From positions 384,001 through 448,000 of the forward strand of contig CAVYIM010000004.1 of the NCBI GenBank assembly GCA_963768655.1: 64,000 bases of DNA, in the 5' to 3' direction. Each line of letters begins with the position of its first letter. The first letter of the stretch is position 1. Below the pieces are notes generated by a model. It did no database searches, was not told the origin of the DNA, and saw nothing but the letters and a program-made list of their open reading frames with translations. Shown piece by piece: positions 10,299 to 18,925 of this stretch. Made by a program: the position numbers and the translations under genes. The DNA comes from an uncultured Chloroflexia bacterium. GTDB lineage: Bacteria; Chloroflexota; Limnocylindria; Limnocylindrales; CSP1-4.

Positions 10299-13200
10299 AT
10301 GCCTGCCATCTCAGCGCCCTCGGCTCCGGCAAGAAGGGCGTACGTCGCGAACCGGAAGATCTCGCGGTTCTTGCGGCGCGCCCCTGCCTCTCTCCATCGG
10401 CTGATGCTCGCGACCGCCGCCGTGGTCCTGGCCTCCGCGAGTGTCCTCGCGGGCGCGGGGTCGATCTCCCGCGCCGCGGCTACGGGCAACGCGGCCTTCC
10501 CGGATCTGCCGCCCGGCTTCGCAAAGGTCGAGCTGGCGAAGGGTCTCAAGAATCCGACCGTCTTCGCGTTCGGGCCCAACGGCGACATCTACATCGCCCA
10601 GCAACGCGGCGCGATGCTGCTCGATCGGGGTGGCGTCATCCAGCCCACGCCGGTGATGACCCTCAACACGGACAACCTCACCGAGACCGGCGTGCTCGGC
10701 ATGGCGCTCGACCCGAATTTCGCCACCAACGGCTACATGTATGTGGCCTACACGACGCCGGACGAACATGCCCAGCTGTCGCAATTCACGATCACCGGTG
10801 GCGGCACGACGGGCAGCCTGGCCAGCGAAGTCGTCTATATGCGCGGCAACGAGCTGCAGTCCGCTCATCACAGCGTCAACGACGTCCATATCGGACCCGA
10901 CGGCAAGCTCTGGGTCAGCGTCGGCGACAACGACCCGGCCATCACGAACGGGCAGACCCTGACCAACGTCTACGGCAAGATCCTGCGCTTCAACCTGGAC
11001 GGCAGCATCCCGTCGGACAACCCGTTCGTGAATGTCCCCGGCGCGGTGCCGTCGATCTACGCGTACGGCCTGCGCAACCCGTTCCGGTTCACCTTCCTGC
11101 CCAACGGCAAGGCCATGACCGAGGACACGGGATCGAACTACTGGGAGGAGTTCGACACGATCCAGCCGGGCGGCAACTACGGCTGGGACTTCTACGAGGG
11201 CAATTGCTTCAGCTGCGGATACATCAACCCGACCTACGCGTACGGCCATCTGCCGACGGACGGCGCCGCATCCGCGGTGGCGGCCTACTCGGGCAACGTC
11301 TTCCCGGCCCAGTACGCCCACACGGTCTTCTTCGGCGACTACAACCGTACTGACATCGAGGCGGTCCAGTTCGACCCGACATATACGACCGAGATTTCGG
11401 ACACGGTCTTCGACAGCAGCGTCGGGACGATCGCCGACCTCCAGGAAGGCCCCGACGGCGATCTCTACTACGTCAACATCTACGAGGGACAGTTCTGGAA
11501 GATCTACCCGACCGGTCCATTCGCGCCGACCGCCGCCGCCTCGGCCAGCCCCAACGCCGGGCTCGCGTCGCTGAGCGTCCAGTTCTCCTCGGCCGGGTCG
11601 AACGACCCGTACAACCTGCCGCTTTCCTACAGCTGGGACTTCGGCGACGGGTCGGCCGTCTCGACGAGCCCGAACCCGAGCCACGTCTATGTAACCAACG
11701 GAACGTATACGGCAACTCTTACGGTGAGCAACGGGACGTCCAGCGCGCAGGCCACGACCCAGGTGGTCGTCGGCAACGCGCCGCCGGCCGCCTCGATCGA
11801 CTCACCCCTCGTCGGCGCCACCTATAGCGCCGGGGACACGATCTCCTTCAGCGGCTCGGCCACCGACGCGCTGGACGGCACGCTGCCTGCCAGCGACTTC
11901 ACCTGGCAGGTCGACTTCATCGCCAACGGCGTCGTCAAGCCCAGCTACTTCTACGAGGTGCCCGGCCCCTTCTACGGGCCGGTCAGCGGAGTCTCGTCCG
12001 GCTCGTTCCAGATCCCGACCGACAACTCGAACGTCCCGTCCAGCTTCTACCGCATCACCATGACCGTGACCGACTCGCTCGGCCTCTCGACGGTCGTGAC
12101 GCGTGACATCCATCCGAACGTCACCTCCTGGACCGTCAAATCGAACGTTGCCGGGGCCAAGTTCTTCGTCGACGGGACGCTCCAGGCCGGCTCGTACACG
12201 ACGTCGGACGTGGTGGGCGTCCAGCACGTCTTGATGGGCCTGCCCGACCAGGTGATCGGCGGCACCGAATACCGCCTGCATGGCTGGGCCGACGGCAGTG
12301 GCCAGACCGACAGGTTCACGGCCGGCGCCTCGCCGGCGACGTACACCGTCGTCGAGGACCCGGTGACGAGCACTCTGCCCGCCGGCTGGACCAGCGTCGA
12401 CGTCGGCGCCCCGCTGATGGCCGGCACCACCGACTACTCGACGGCCGACCAGGCCTTCTACCTCGACGGCTCCGGCACCGACGTCTACGGCACCAACGAC
12501 CAGTTCCACTACACGTACATGACCCTGACCGGCGACGGCACGATCATCGCCCGAGTCCGGTATCAGACGAACTCGAGCCCGTCGGCCAAGGCCGGCGTCA
12601 TGTTCAAGGAAACGCCCACCGCCGGGGCCAACTACGTCGCCGCGCTGGTGTACCCGGACGTCAGCCCGAACACCCCGAACACGAACGGTGTCGACTGCAC
12701 GCCCGACGGCTGCGCTGCTCCGCTCCCGCCCATCGATCCCACGATCGGCAAGGGAGTGAAGATGCAGTACAGCACGACCGGCGGCATCTCCCCGACCTCG
12801 CCGCTCGCCAACTACCTGTATCCGAACAAGTGGCTGAAGCTCCAGCGCGTCGGCAACACGTTCACGGCCTACCAATCCCTCGACGGCGCGACCTGGAGTC
12901 TGATCGGGAAGAAGACCTTCACGATGGCCACCACGGCCACGGTCGGGCTCTTCGTGACCTCCCACAACACCGGCCAATACAGCACCGTTGGCTTCGACAA
13001 TGTCTCGGTCTCCGGCGCGGTGACCCTGCCGCCGAACGACTTCTCCATCTCGGCCAGCCCGACGACGGTGCCGGTCACGGCCGGGACCAGCGGCTCGACG
13101 AGCATCACCACCGCGCTCGTGTCCGGTAGCGCGGAGTCGATCGCCCTGTCCGCGACCGGACTGCCTCTCGGCGTGACCGCCGGCTTCAGCCCGACCTCGG

Positions 13201-13898
13201 TCACCGCCGGTGGCTCCTCGAACCTGACCTTCACCGTGACCGGCTCGGTCGCCCCCGGCACCTACCCGATCGGCGTCACCGGTACGGCTCCTTCGGCGAC
13301 ACACGGCACGTCCGTGTCGCTGACCGTGACCGCCCCCGGAGCCCTGCCGTCCCCCTGGGCGGACACCGACGTCGGTGCGCCCTCGCCGGCCGGCTCGGCG
13401 ACCTACAGCGGCGGCGTCTTCAGCGTCAACGGCTCGGGCGCCGACATCTTCGGGACCAACGACCAGTTCAACTACGTCTATGAGGCCAGCGCCGGCAACG
13501 GCACTCTCATCGCCCGGGTCAGCTCCCAGACGAATACCGGCAGCACCAACAGCAAGGCCGGGATCATCTGGAAGGCTTCGACCGTGTCGGGCTCGCCCTA
13601 CATCCTGATCGAGACCGGTCCGAGCGGTGTTGTGAAGGTCCAGTACAACTTCAGCGGCTCGCTCTCGGCGACTTCCACCTACAGCTTCCCCAACGTGTGG
13701 ATGAAGCTCGTCCGTTCGAGCGGCAACTTCAGCGCCTACCTCTCGCCCGACGGCGTCACCTGGACGGCCGTCGTGACCAACAAGAGCCTGCCCACGATCC
13801 CGACCGCCGCGACGATCGGCATCTTCGAGTGTTCCCACAAAGTCGGCGTCCTTGGGACCGCGACCTTCGACAACGTCAGCTTCACCCCAGGGCCCTAG
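10299..13898 (+). CDS. Secreted PQQ-dependent glucose/sorbosone dehydrogenase-family protein with PKD, Ig-like and two ConA-like modules
   Basis: GVLGMALDPNFATNGYMYVAYT, GPDGKLWVSVGD, GKILRFNLDGSIPSDNPF, YAYGLRNPFR, GGNYGW; PKD motif YSWDFGDGS..NPSHVY. Confidence 0.88.
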   Translation: MPAISAPSAPARRAYVANRKISRFLRRAPASLHRLMLATAAVVLASASVLAGAGSISRAAATGNAAFPDLPPGFAKVELAKGLKNPTVFAFGPNGDIYIAQQRGAMLLDRGGVIQPTPVMTLNTDNLTETGVLGMALDPNFATNGYMYVAYTTPDEHAQLSQFTITGGGTTGSLASEVVYMRGNELQSAHHSVNDVHIGPDGKLWVSVGDNDPAITNGQTLTNVYGKILRFNLDGSIPSDNPFVNVPGAVPSIYAYGLRNPFRFTFLPNGKAMTEDTGSNYWEEFDTIQPGGNYGWDFYEGNCFSCGYINPTYAYGHLPTDGAASAVAAYSGNVFPAQYAHTVFFGDYNRTDIEAVQFDPTYTTEISDTVFDSSVGTIADLQEGPDGDLYYVNIYEGQFWKIYPTGPFAPTAAASASPNAGLASLSVQFSSAGSNDPYNLPLSYSWDFGDGSAVSTSPNPSHVYVTNGTYTATLTVSNGTSSAQATTQVVVGNAPPAASIDSPLVGATYSAGDTISFSGSATDALDGTLPASDFTWQVDFIANGVVKPSYFYEVPGPFYGPVSGVSSGSFQIPTDNSNVPSSFYRITMTVTDSLGLSTVVTRDIHPNVTSWTVKSNVAGAKFFVDGTLQAGSYTTSDVVGVQHVLMGLPDQVIGGTEYRLHGWADGSGQTDRFTAGASPATYTVVEDPVTSTLPAGWTSVDVGAPLMAGTTDYSTADQAFYLDGSGTDVYGTNDQFHYTYMTLTGDGTIIARVRYQTNSSPSAKAGVMFKETPTAGANYVAALVYPDVSPNTPNTNGVDCTPDGCAAPLPPIDPTIGKGVKMQYSTTGGISPTSPLANYLYPNKWLKLQRVGNTFTAYQSLDGATWSLIGKKTFTMATTATVGLFVTSHNTGQYSTVGFDNVSVSGAVTLPPNDFSISASPTTVPVTAGTSGSTSITTALVSGSAESIALSATGLPLGVTAGFSPTSVTAGGSSNLTFTVTGSVAPGTYPIGVTGTAPSATHGTSVSLTVTAPGALPSPWADTDVGAPSPAGSATYSGGVFSVNGSGADIFGTNDQFNYVYEASAGNGTLIARVSSQTNTGSTNSKAGIIWKASTVSGSPYILIETGPSGVVKVQYNFSGSLSATSTYSFPNVWMKLVRSSGNFSAYLSPDGVTWTAVVTNKSLPTIPTAATIGIFECSHKVGVLGTATFDNVSFTPGP

Positions 13899-13904
13899 CG
13901 GCAA
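13009..13904 (+). repeat. Copy 1 of an 896-bp near-identical direct repeat (3' end of gene, stop codon and 6 nt of UTR)
   Basis: Matches 15415-16310 at offset 2406; only difference noticed is T13631/C16037 (synonymous Val). Confidence 0.92.
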
Positions 13905-16304
13905 ATGGAGCGTCCCCCCATGCGCAACCTGTTCCGTGCCGCCCTCGCGCTCGCCCTCGCCGCCCAGACGGTGCTCGCCGTCGGGCTCGTAGTCGCGCCC
14001 GTGAGGGCCGCCGGGACCGGCGCCGGCGGCCTGCTCGTCTCGGTCGGCTACGCCGAGGACAAGGAGACCAACAACCCCAACCCGGCGGCCTTCCCTGTTC
14101 CGTGGCAGGGATCTCCCAACACGACCTTCCTGGGCGGCCCCGTCGTCGGTCAAACGCAGTGCGGTTCCTTGCCGAGCTGCTTCGACGCCGGCGCCATCAG
14201 GCTCGACAATCCGACCGCCGCGGCGATCTCCGTTTCCAACGTCTCGGTGGACGTCCATTCGTCCATTCCGGGCGGGAAGGTCTTCAGCCTGTGGGGCTCG
14301 TTCGCGGTCCCGGCCGGCCAGAGCGTCATCCTGACGGAGAACCCGCCGGGTGACACGGCGTCCTACGACGACTTCGATACCAGCGGCTACCCGGGCAACG
14401 TTTGCACTCCGATCACTGTCGCACCGACGGTCACGATCACGGTCGGAGGCGCGGCAACGACGCTCGTCGACAGCACTCACGTTCTCGACACGGGCGGCAT
14501 CGACCAGGGCTACTGCGGCACCGGCAACGACAAGAACGAGTCGATCGCGTGGCGGCCGATCGGAGCCGCAGGCGCCGACACGGCCACCCTGAACCTTGCT
14601 CCGGGCGCGGTCACGGAACCCGTCGGCGGGTCCGTCACCGAGACGGCAACCCTGCTCGACGGCGGCGGCAACGGCCTCGCGAATGTGGCTGTCGCCTTCT
14701 CCGTCACGAACGGGCCGAATGCCGGCCAGGCCGGCAGCGCCATCACCAACTCGGTGGGTCAGGCCACCTTCACGTATTCGGACTCCGGTGCGGGTACCGA
14801 CGTCGTGGCCGCGGCCGTAACCACGGTCGGCACGTTCCAGACCCAATCGATGGTCGTCTGGGGCACCGCCACGACTCCCACATGGACCGGCGCCGACATC
14901 GGCTCTCCGCCTCTGGCAGGCAGCGACGTTTTCGCGTCCGGGGTCTGGACGATCTCCGGGTCAGGCCGCGATATCGGCGGAACCTCGGACCAGCTCCACT
15001 TCGTGTCCCAGCCGCTCCCGGGCGACGGCGAGATCAGCGCTCGCGTGATCACTCAGACCAACTCCAACAGCCGCGCGCGGGCGGGCGTGATGCTCCGCCA
15101 GAGCGACGATCCGGCCGCGCCGTTCTATGCCGCGGTCGTCACGCCCGGGGCGGGGATCTGGGTTCTGGAACGGGCCAGCTTCGGCGGTCAGGTCAGCACG
15201 CTGGTTACGACCGCCGGCACGGTTCCGGTCTACCTGCGCGTCGGTCGGGCCGGGTCGAGTACGACTGCGTCCACTTCCGCCGACGGGGTCACATGGACGC
15301 CACTGGCCGGATCGGCGGCATCGTTCCCGGTCAGCGGGACCGTCCTGGCGGGCCTGGCCGTGACTTCGCACACGCTCACGAAGTCGAGCACGGCCACGTT
15401 CGATTCCGTGACTCTCTCCGGCGCGGTGACCCTGCCGCCGAACGACTTCTCCATCTCGGCCAGCCCGACGACGGTGCCGGTCACGGCCGGGACCAGCGGC
15501 TCGACGAGCATCACCACCGCGCTCGTGTCCGGTAGCGCGGAGTCGATCGCCCTGTCCGCGACCGGACTGCCTCTCGGCGTGACCGCCGGCTTCAGCCCGA
15601 CCTCGGTCACCGCCGGTGGCTCCTCGAACCTGACCTTCACCGTGACCGGCTCGGTCGCCCCCGGCACCTACCCGATCGGCGTCACCGGTACGGCTCCTTC
15701 GGCGACACACGGCACGTCCGTGTCGCTGACCGTGACCGCCCCCGGAGCCCTGCCGTCCCCCTGGGCGGACACCGACGTCGGTGCGCCCTCGCCGGCCGGC
15801 TCGGCGACCTACAGCGGCGGCGTCTTCAGCGTCAACGGCTCGGGCGCCGACATCTTCGGGACCAACGACCAGTTCAACTACGTCTATGAGGCCAGCGCCG
15901 GCAACGGCACTCTCATCGCCCGGGTCAGCTCCCAGACGAATACCGGCAGCACCAACAGCAAGGCCGGGATCATCTGGAAGGCTTCGACCGTGTCGGGCTC
16001 GCCCTACATCCTGATCGAGACCGGTCCGAGCGGTGTCGTGAAGGTCCAGTACAACTTCAGCGGCTCGCTCTCGGCGACTTCCACCTACAGCTTCCCCAAC
16101 GTGTGGATGAAGCTCGTCCGTTCGAGCGGCAACTTCAGCGCCTACCTCTCGCCCGACGGCGTCACCTGGACGGCCGTCGTGACCAACAAGAGCCTGCCCA
16201 CGATCCCGACCGCCGCGACGATCGGCATCTTCGAGTGTTCCCACAAAGTCGGCGTCCTTGGGACCGCGACCTTCGACAACGTCAGCTTCACCCCAGGGCC
16301 CTAG
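13905..16304 (+). CDS. Secreted protein: unknown Cys-containing N-terminal domain + Big_1-like Ig + ConA-like + Ig + ConA-like
   Basis: Signal peptide (M)RNLFRAALALALAAQTVLAVGLVVAPVRA; Big_1-like GLANVAVAFSVTNGPNAG..TNSVGQATFTY; C-terminal ~295 aa identical to preceding protein. ATG 13920 is an alternative start. Confidence 0.82.
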   Translation: MERPPMRNLFRAALALALAAQTVLAVGLVVAPVRAAGTGAGGLLVSVGYAEDKETNNPNPAAFPVPWQGSPNTTFLGGPVVGQTQCGSLPSCFDAGAIRLDNPTAAAISVSNVSVDVHSSIPGGKVFSLWGSFAVPAGQSVILTENPPGDTASYDDFDTSGYPGNVCTPITVAPTVTITVGGAATTLVDSTHVLDTGGIDQGYCGTGNDKNESIAWRPIGAAGADTATLNLAPGAVTEPVGGSVTETATLLDGGGNGLANVAVAFSVTNGPNAGQAGSAITNSVGQATFTYSDSGAGTDVVAAAVTTVGTFQTQSMVVWGTATTPTWTGADIGSPPLAGSDVFASGVWTISGSGRDIGGTSDQLHFVSQPLPGDGEISARVITQTNSNSRARAGVMLRQSDDPAAPFYAAVVTPGAGIWVLERASFGGQVSTLVTTAGTVPVYLRVGRAGSSTTASTSADGVTWTPLAGSAASFPVSGTVLAGLAVTSHTLTKSSTATFDSVTLSGAVTLPPNDFSISASPTTVPVTAGTSGSTSITTALVSGSAESIALSATGLPLGVTAGFSPTSVTAGGSSNLTFTVTGSVAPGTYPIGVTGTAPSATHGTSVSLTVTAPGALPSPWADTDVGAPSPAGSATYSGGVFSVNGSGADIFGTNDQFNYVYEASAGNGTLIARVSSQTNTGSTNSKAGIIWKASTVSGSPYILIETGPSGVVKVQYNFSGSLSATSTYSFPNVWMKLVRSSGNFSAYLSPDGVTWTAVVTNKSLPTIPTAATIGIFECSHKVGVLGTATFDNVSFTPGP

Positions 16305-16310
16305 CGGCAA
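15415..16310 (+). repeat. Copy 2 of the 896-bp near-identical direct repeat
   Basis: See 13009-13904. Confidence 0.92.
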
Positions 16311-16629
16311 TGTCTCTGATGAGTGCTCCGAACGATGTCTGCCCGATCCGCGCGTTTTCGCCGGCGGTCTCACGGTGGAGCCCGGAAAGGCACCTCCGTC
16401 TCCCGCTCGCCGGAGAACGAATTGCCGGGTCGGTCGATGGGCTTCGGAGCGGCTCGGACCGGAAGGTCAGGAAAGAGAGGTGACTGGAGAACCCGTGTCC
16501 CAGCCCGGCATCGCCGGGCAGTTCCCACAGTCGATCATCCGGGTCAAGGAGGCGAGACCGCGGGGCCTCGTGACCGGGGGAGCAACGGTTCACCGCGTCT
16601 GCGGCTGGACCCCCCAATTTGGAGGAGCA

Positions 16630-17136
16630 ATGCGAAAAATCGCCTTCGCTGCACTGATCGCGCTCGCTCTGGCTACGGTGAGCGCAGTGCCGGCGCTTGC
16701 CACGTCCGGCAACGACCACGGCGCCACGATCACCGTGACCTGTGCCCTCGACAGGGGTACCCAGGTTGACATCAACGGCAACCTCATCGTGCCCGACGGG
16801 AGCCACGGTCCCGGCGTGGTCTGGCTCTACGGCAGCAAGAACGGCCATACCTGGTACTTCACCTGGCAGGCCAGGATCCTTCATGTCGTGAAGGGCCAGA
16901 CCAGTTACAGCTTCACCTTCGACGCCGACCTCGATTGGAACCACTTCATGGACTACCGGGTCATCGGCTTTGGCACGGAATCCAGGGTGATCAATCGAGA
17001 CGAGTGCGGGTTCCGCGTTCCTGAAGCCCCGGCCTCCCCGCTCCTGCTGCTTGGAGCGTTCCCGGCCGGCGGCCTCGTCGCGGTCAAGGCAACCGGAGTT
17101 CGGGTGCCGATGCCGCACTTCCGCCGCATAGCCTAG
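16630..17136 (+). CDS. Small secreted protein with PEP-CTERM-like C-terminal sorting signal (VPEAP + hydrophobic stretch + basic tail); probable exosortase substrate
   Basis: GGAGGAG RBS; signal peptide MRKIAFAALIALALATVSAVPALA; tail VPEAPASPLLLLGAFPAGGLVAVKATGVRVPMPHFRRIA; directly upstream of exosortase. Confidence 0.75.
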   Translation: MRKIAFAALIALALATVSAVPALATSGNDHGATITVTCALDRGTQVDINGNLIVPDGSHGPGVVWLYGSKNGHTWYFTWQARILHVVKGQTSYSFTFDADLDWNHFMDYRVIGFGTESRVINRDECGFRVPEAPASPLLLLGAFPAGGLVAVKATGVRVPMPHFRRIA

Positions 17137-17260
17137 CTTGCAGCTGGCAGTGGAGCCCCCACGCCAGCGGCCTTCCCAAAGCGGCTTCTCGTGGCCCCGC
17201 CCCGGGCATCCTTTCGTCCGGGGCGGGCCCCGAAACCTGTCGAACCCCAAGGGGGAGCAA

Positions 17261-18925
17261 TTGGACATCGCCACCGCACCAGCCATCAGCCGCGCCGGCT
17301 TCACATCGAGACAGCTACTCGCCAGAGTTCCCGTGAGAGGTCTGGTTCTGGTCGCGTCGGTTGCGCTCGCTTACAACTACTCCCTCGAGACACTGACTCG
17401 CGGGCTCGGCCTCGAGACGCCGCTCGCATACCTCGCTCTCGTGCCCCTCATCGCGCTGCTTCTCGGCGTAGTCAATTTCCGCGTGCAGCCCGATCTCCTG
17501 CCCATCCATGACCGTCAGCTGGACTGGATCGTGGGGCTCTTCCTCGTCGGTGTGGCGGCAGCGATCGATTTGCTGCTGCCGTCGGCCTACTCCGCCGACT
17601 TCTGGCTGCACCGGGTCGACATGCTCGGCCTGCCGTTCTTCGCCGCCGGAATGGTCTGCCTTCTGTGGGGCGTCAGGCGCCTGTGGGCCCTTCGATGGGC
17701 GGTGGCGTTTCTGTTCCTGGCCTGGCCCGACCCGTACGTAACCGTCCTGTCGGCGGCCGTAGGAATCTCGACCGATATGGCTCTGGCGGCTGTGCAGGCC
17801 ACGCTGCAACTCATGCCAGTGGCCCAGCCGGTCGGGGATGGCACTTTCCTGGTAGCGCACGGCACCGACCAGTTCAGCCTGTCCGTCGGGTCCGCTTGCA
17901 GCGGCATCAACAGCTTCGTGGGCTTCGCGATCCTGGGGGCTGCGTTCAACGTGATCTTTCGGGGCGGCATCCTCCGCCGCATCCTCTGGCTGGCCGCCGG
18001 CATGTTGCTGGTCGGCGAGCTGAACGTGATCCGAATCGACCTCATCTTCGTGGCCGGCTGGGCCTTCGGGGAGCCCTTCGCGCTGGACGTCCTCCACCCC
18101 GTCGCCGGGATCATCGTTTTCGGCATCGGAGCGCTGGTCATGATGGAGATAGCTCCCTTCTTCGGGCTGAGGATCCCAGAGCCACCCCTGCGGCATGGGG
18201 CGCCGGTCCCTCCCAGGTCCGTGCCCCATCTGCATTCGGTCAAGCGCGCCGCTCGGAGTCTCCGGATTGCGGCGCCGATGGCGGTGGGCCTCATGCTCGC
18301 CCTTCTGCTGGCGGTTCCCGATGCCAGCTTTGCCCACTACGACTCCCTCGTCGACGCTTTCGGGAGTCCCACGCTCGGTGCCATCGACCCCGGCAGCCTG
18401 AACGTCCCGGGCTGGCAGGGGTCCCCCTCCACTTCGTTCGATCAGGCCACGTCCTATTTCGGTCCCCACGCGACCTGGGAGCGCGTTGCCTTCACGTCCA
18501 CAGACGCTTCCGCGTCGGGCCCGACGGCCGTATATCTGGATGTCATTCGCACCGACGACGCCGGCAGCCTGGCTGCCTACGACGTCGAGGCCTGCTACAA
18601 CTTCCACGGATTCAGCCGGGTTTCTAGCGACTCGGCCAACGTCGGCGCGGGCGTCGAGGCCAAGGTGGCCAGCTTCCGCAGCCCGGTCCAGGCCACTGAT
18701 TGGTCGATCCTCTGGTGGGAGTGGCCCTACGACGCCGGTGGCCAGACCCGCTACGAGCGGCTCGTCCTCCTGGCGCCGCTCGATCCCACAGACCAGCCGA
18801 GTGGGATCAACACTCAGGCGATCTTCACGGCGGCCCAGTCGACAATCGAGTCGATGGCCAGCTCGATCGTGAGCGCCGGCATGAGCGATACCGCCACGGT
18901 CGTAAACCCAGGGACGCAGCCATGA
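17261..18925 (+). CDS. Exosortase/archaeosortase-family protein fused to an EpsI-like extracytoplasmic domain
   Basis: TTG start after GGGGGAG; multiple TM helices; FLFLAWP; triad motifs SACSGINS (Cys), LNVIRI (Arg), LHPVAG (His); C-terminal VYLDV..YDVEACYNFHGF resembles EpsI. Confidence 0.85.
   Translation: MDIATAPAISRAGFTSRQLLARVPVRGLVLVASVALAYNYSLETLTRGLGLETPLAYLALVPLIALLLGVVNFRVQPDLLPIHDRQLDWIVGLFLVGVAAAIDLLLPSAYSADFWLHRVDMLGLPFFAAGMVCLLWGVRRLWALRWAVAFLFLAWPDPYVTVLSAAVGISTDMALAAVQATLQLMPVAQPVGDGTFLVAHGTDQFSLSVGSACSGINSFVGFAILGAAFNVIFRGGILRRILWLAAGMLLVGELNVIRIDLIFVAGWAFGEPFALDVLHPVAGIIVFGIGALVMMEIAPFFGLRIPEPPLRHGAPVPPRSVPHLHSVKRAARSLRIAAPMAVGLMLALLLAVPDASFAHYDSLVDAFGSPTLGAIDPGSLNVPGWQGSPSTSFDQATSYFGPHATWERVAFTSTDASASGPTAVYLDVIRTDDAGSLAAYDVEACYNFHGFSRVSSDSANVGAGVEAKVASFRSPVQATDWSILWWEWPYDAGGQTRYERLVLLAPLDPTDQPSGINTQAIFTAAQSTIESMASSIVSAGMSDTATVVNPGTQP

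Noticed and set aside
11802-14846. 1014-aa minus-strand ORF and many other long Arg/Gly/Pro-rich ORFs
   Set aside because: Antisense or off-frame shadows of real genes in high-GC DNA; no recognisable motifs.
13009-16310. Diversity-generating retroelement TR/VR pair
   Set aside because: No reverse transcriptase; both copies are coding; the single noticed mismatch is synonymous, with no run of adenine-specific changes.
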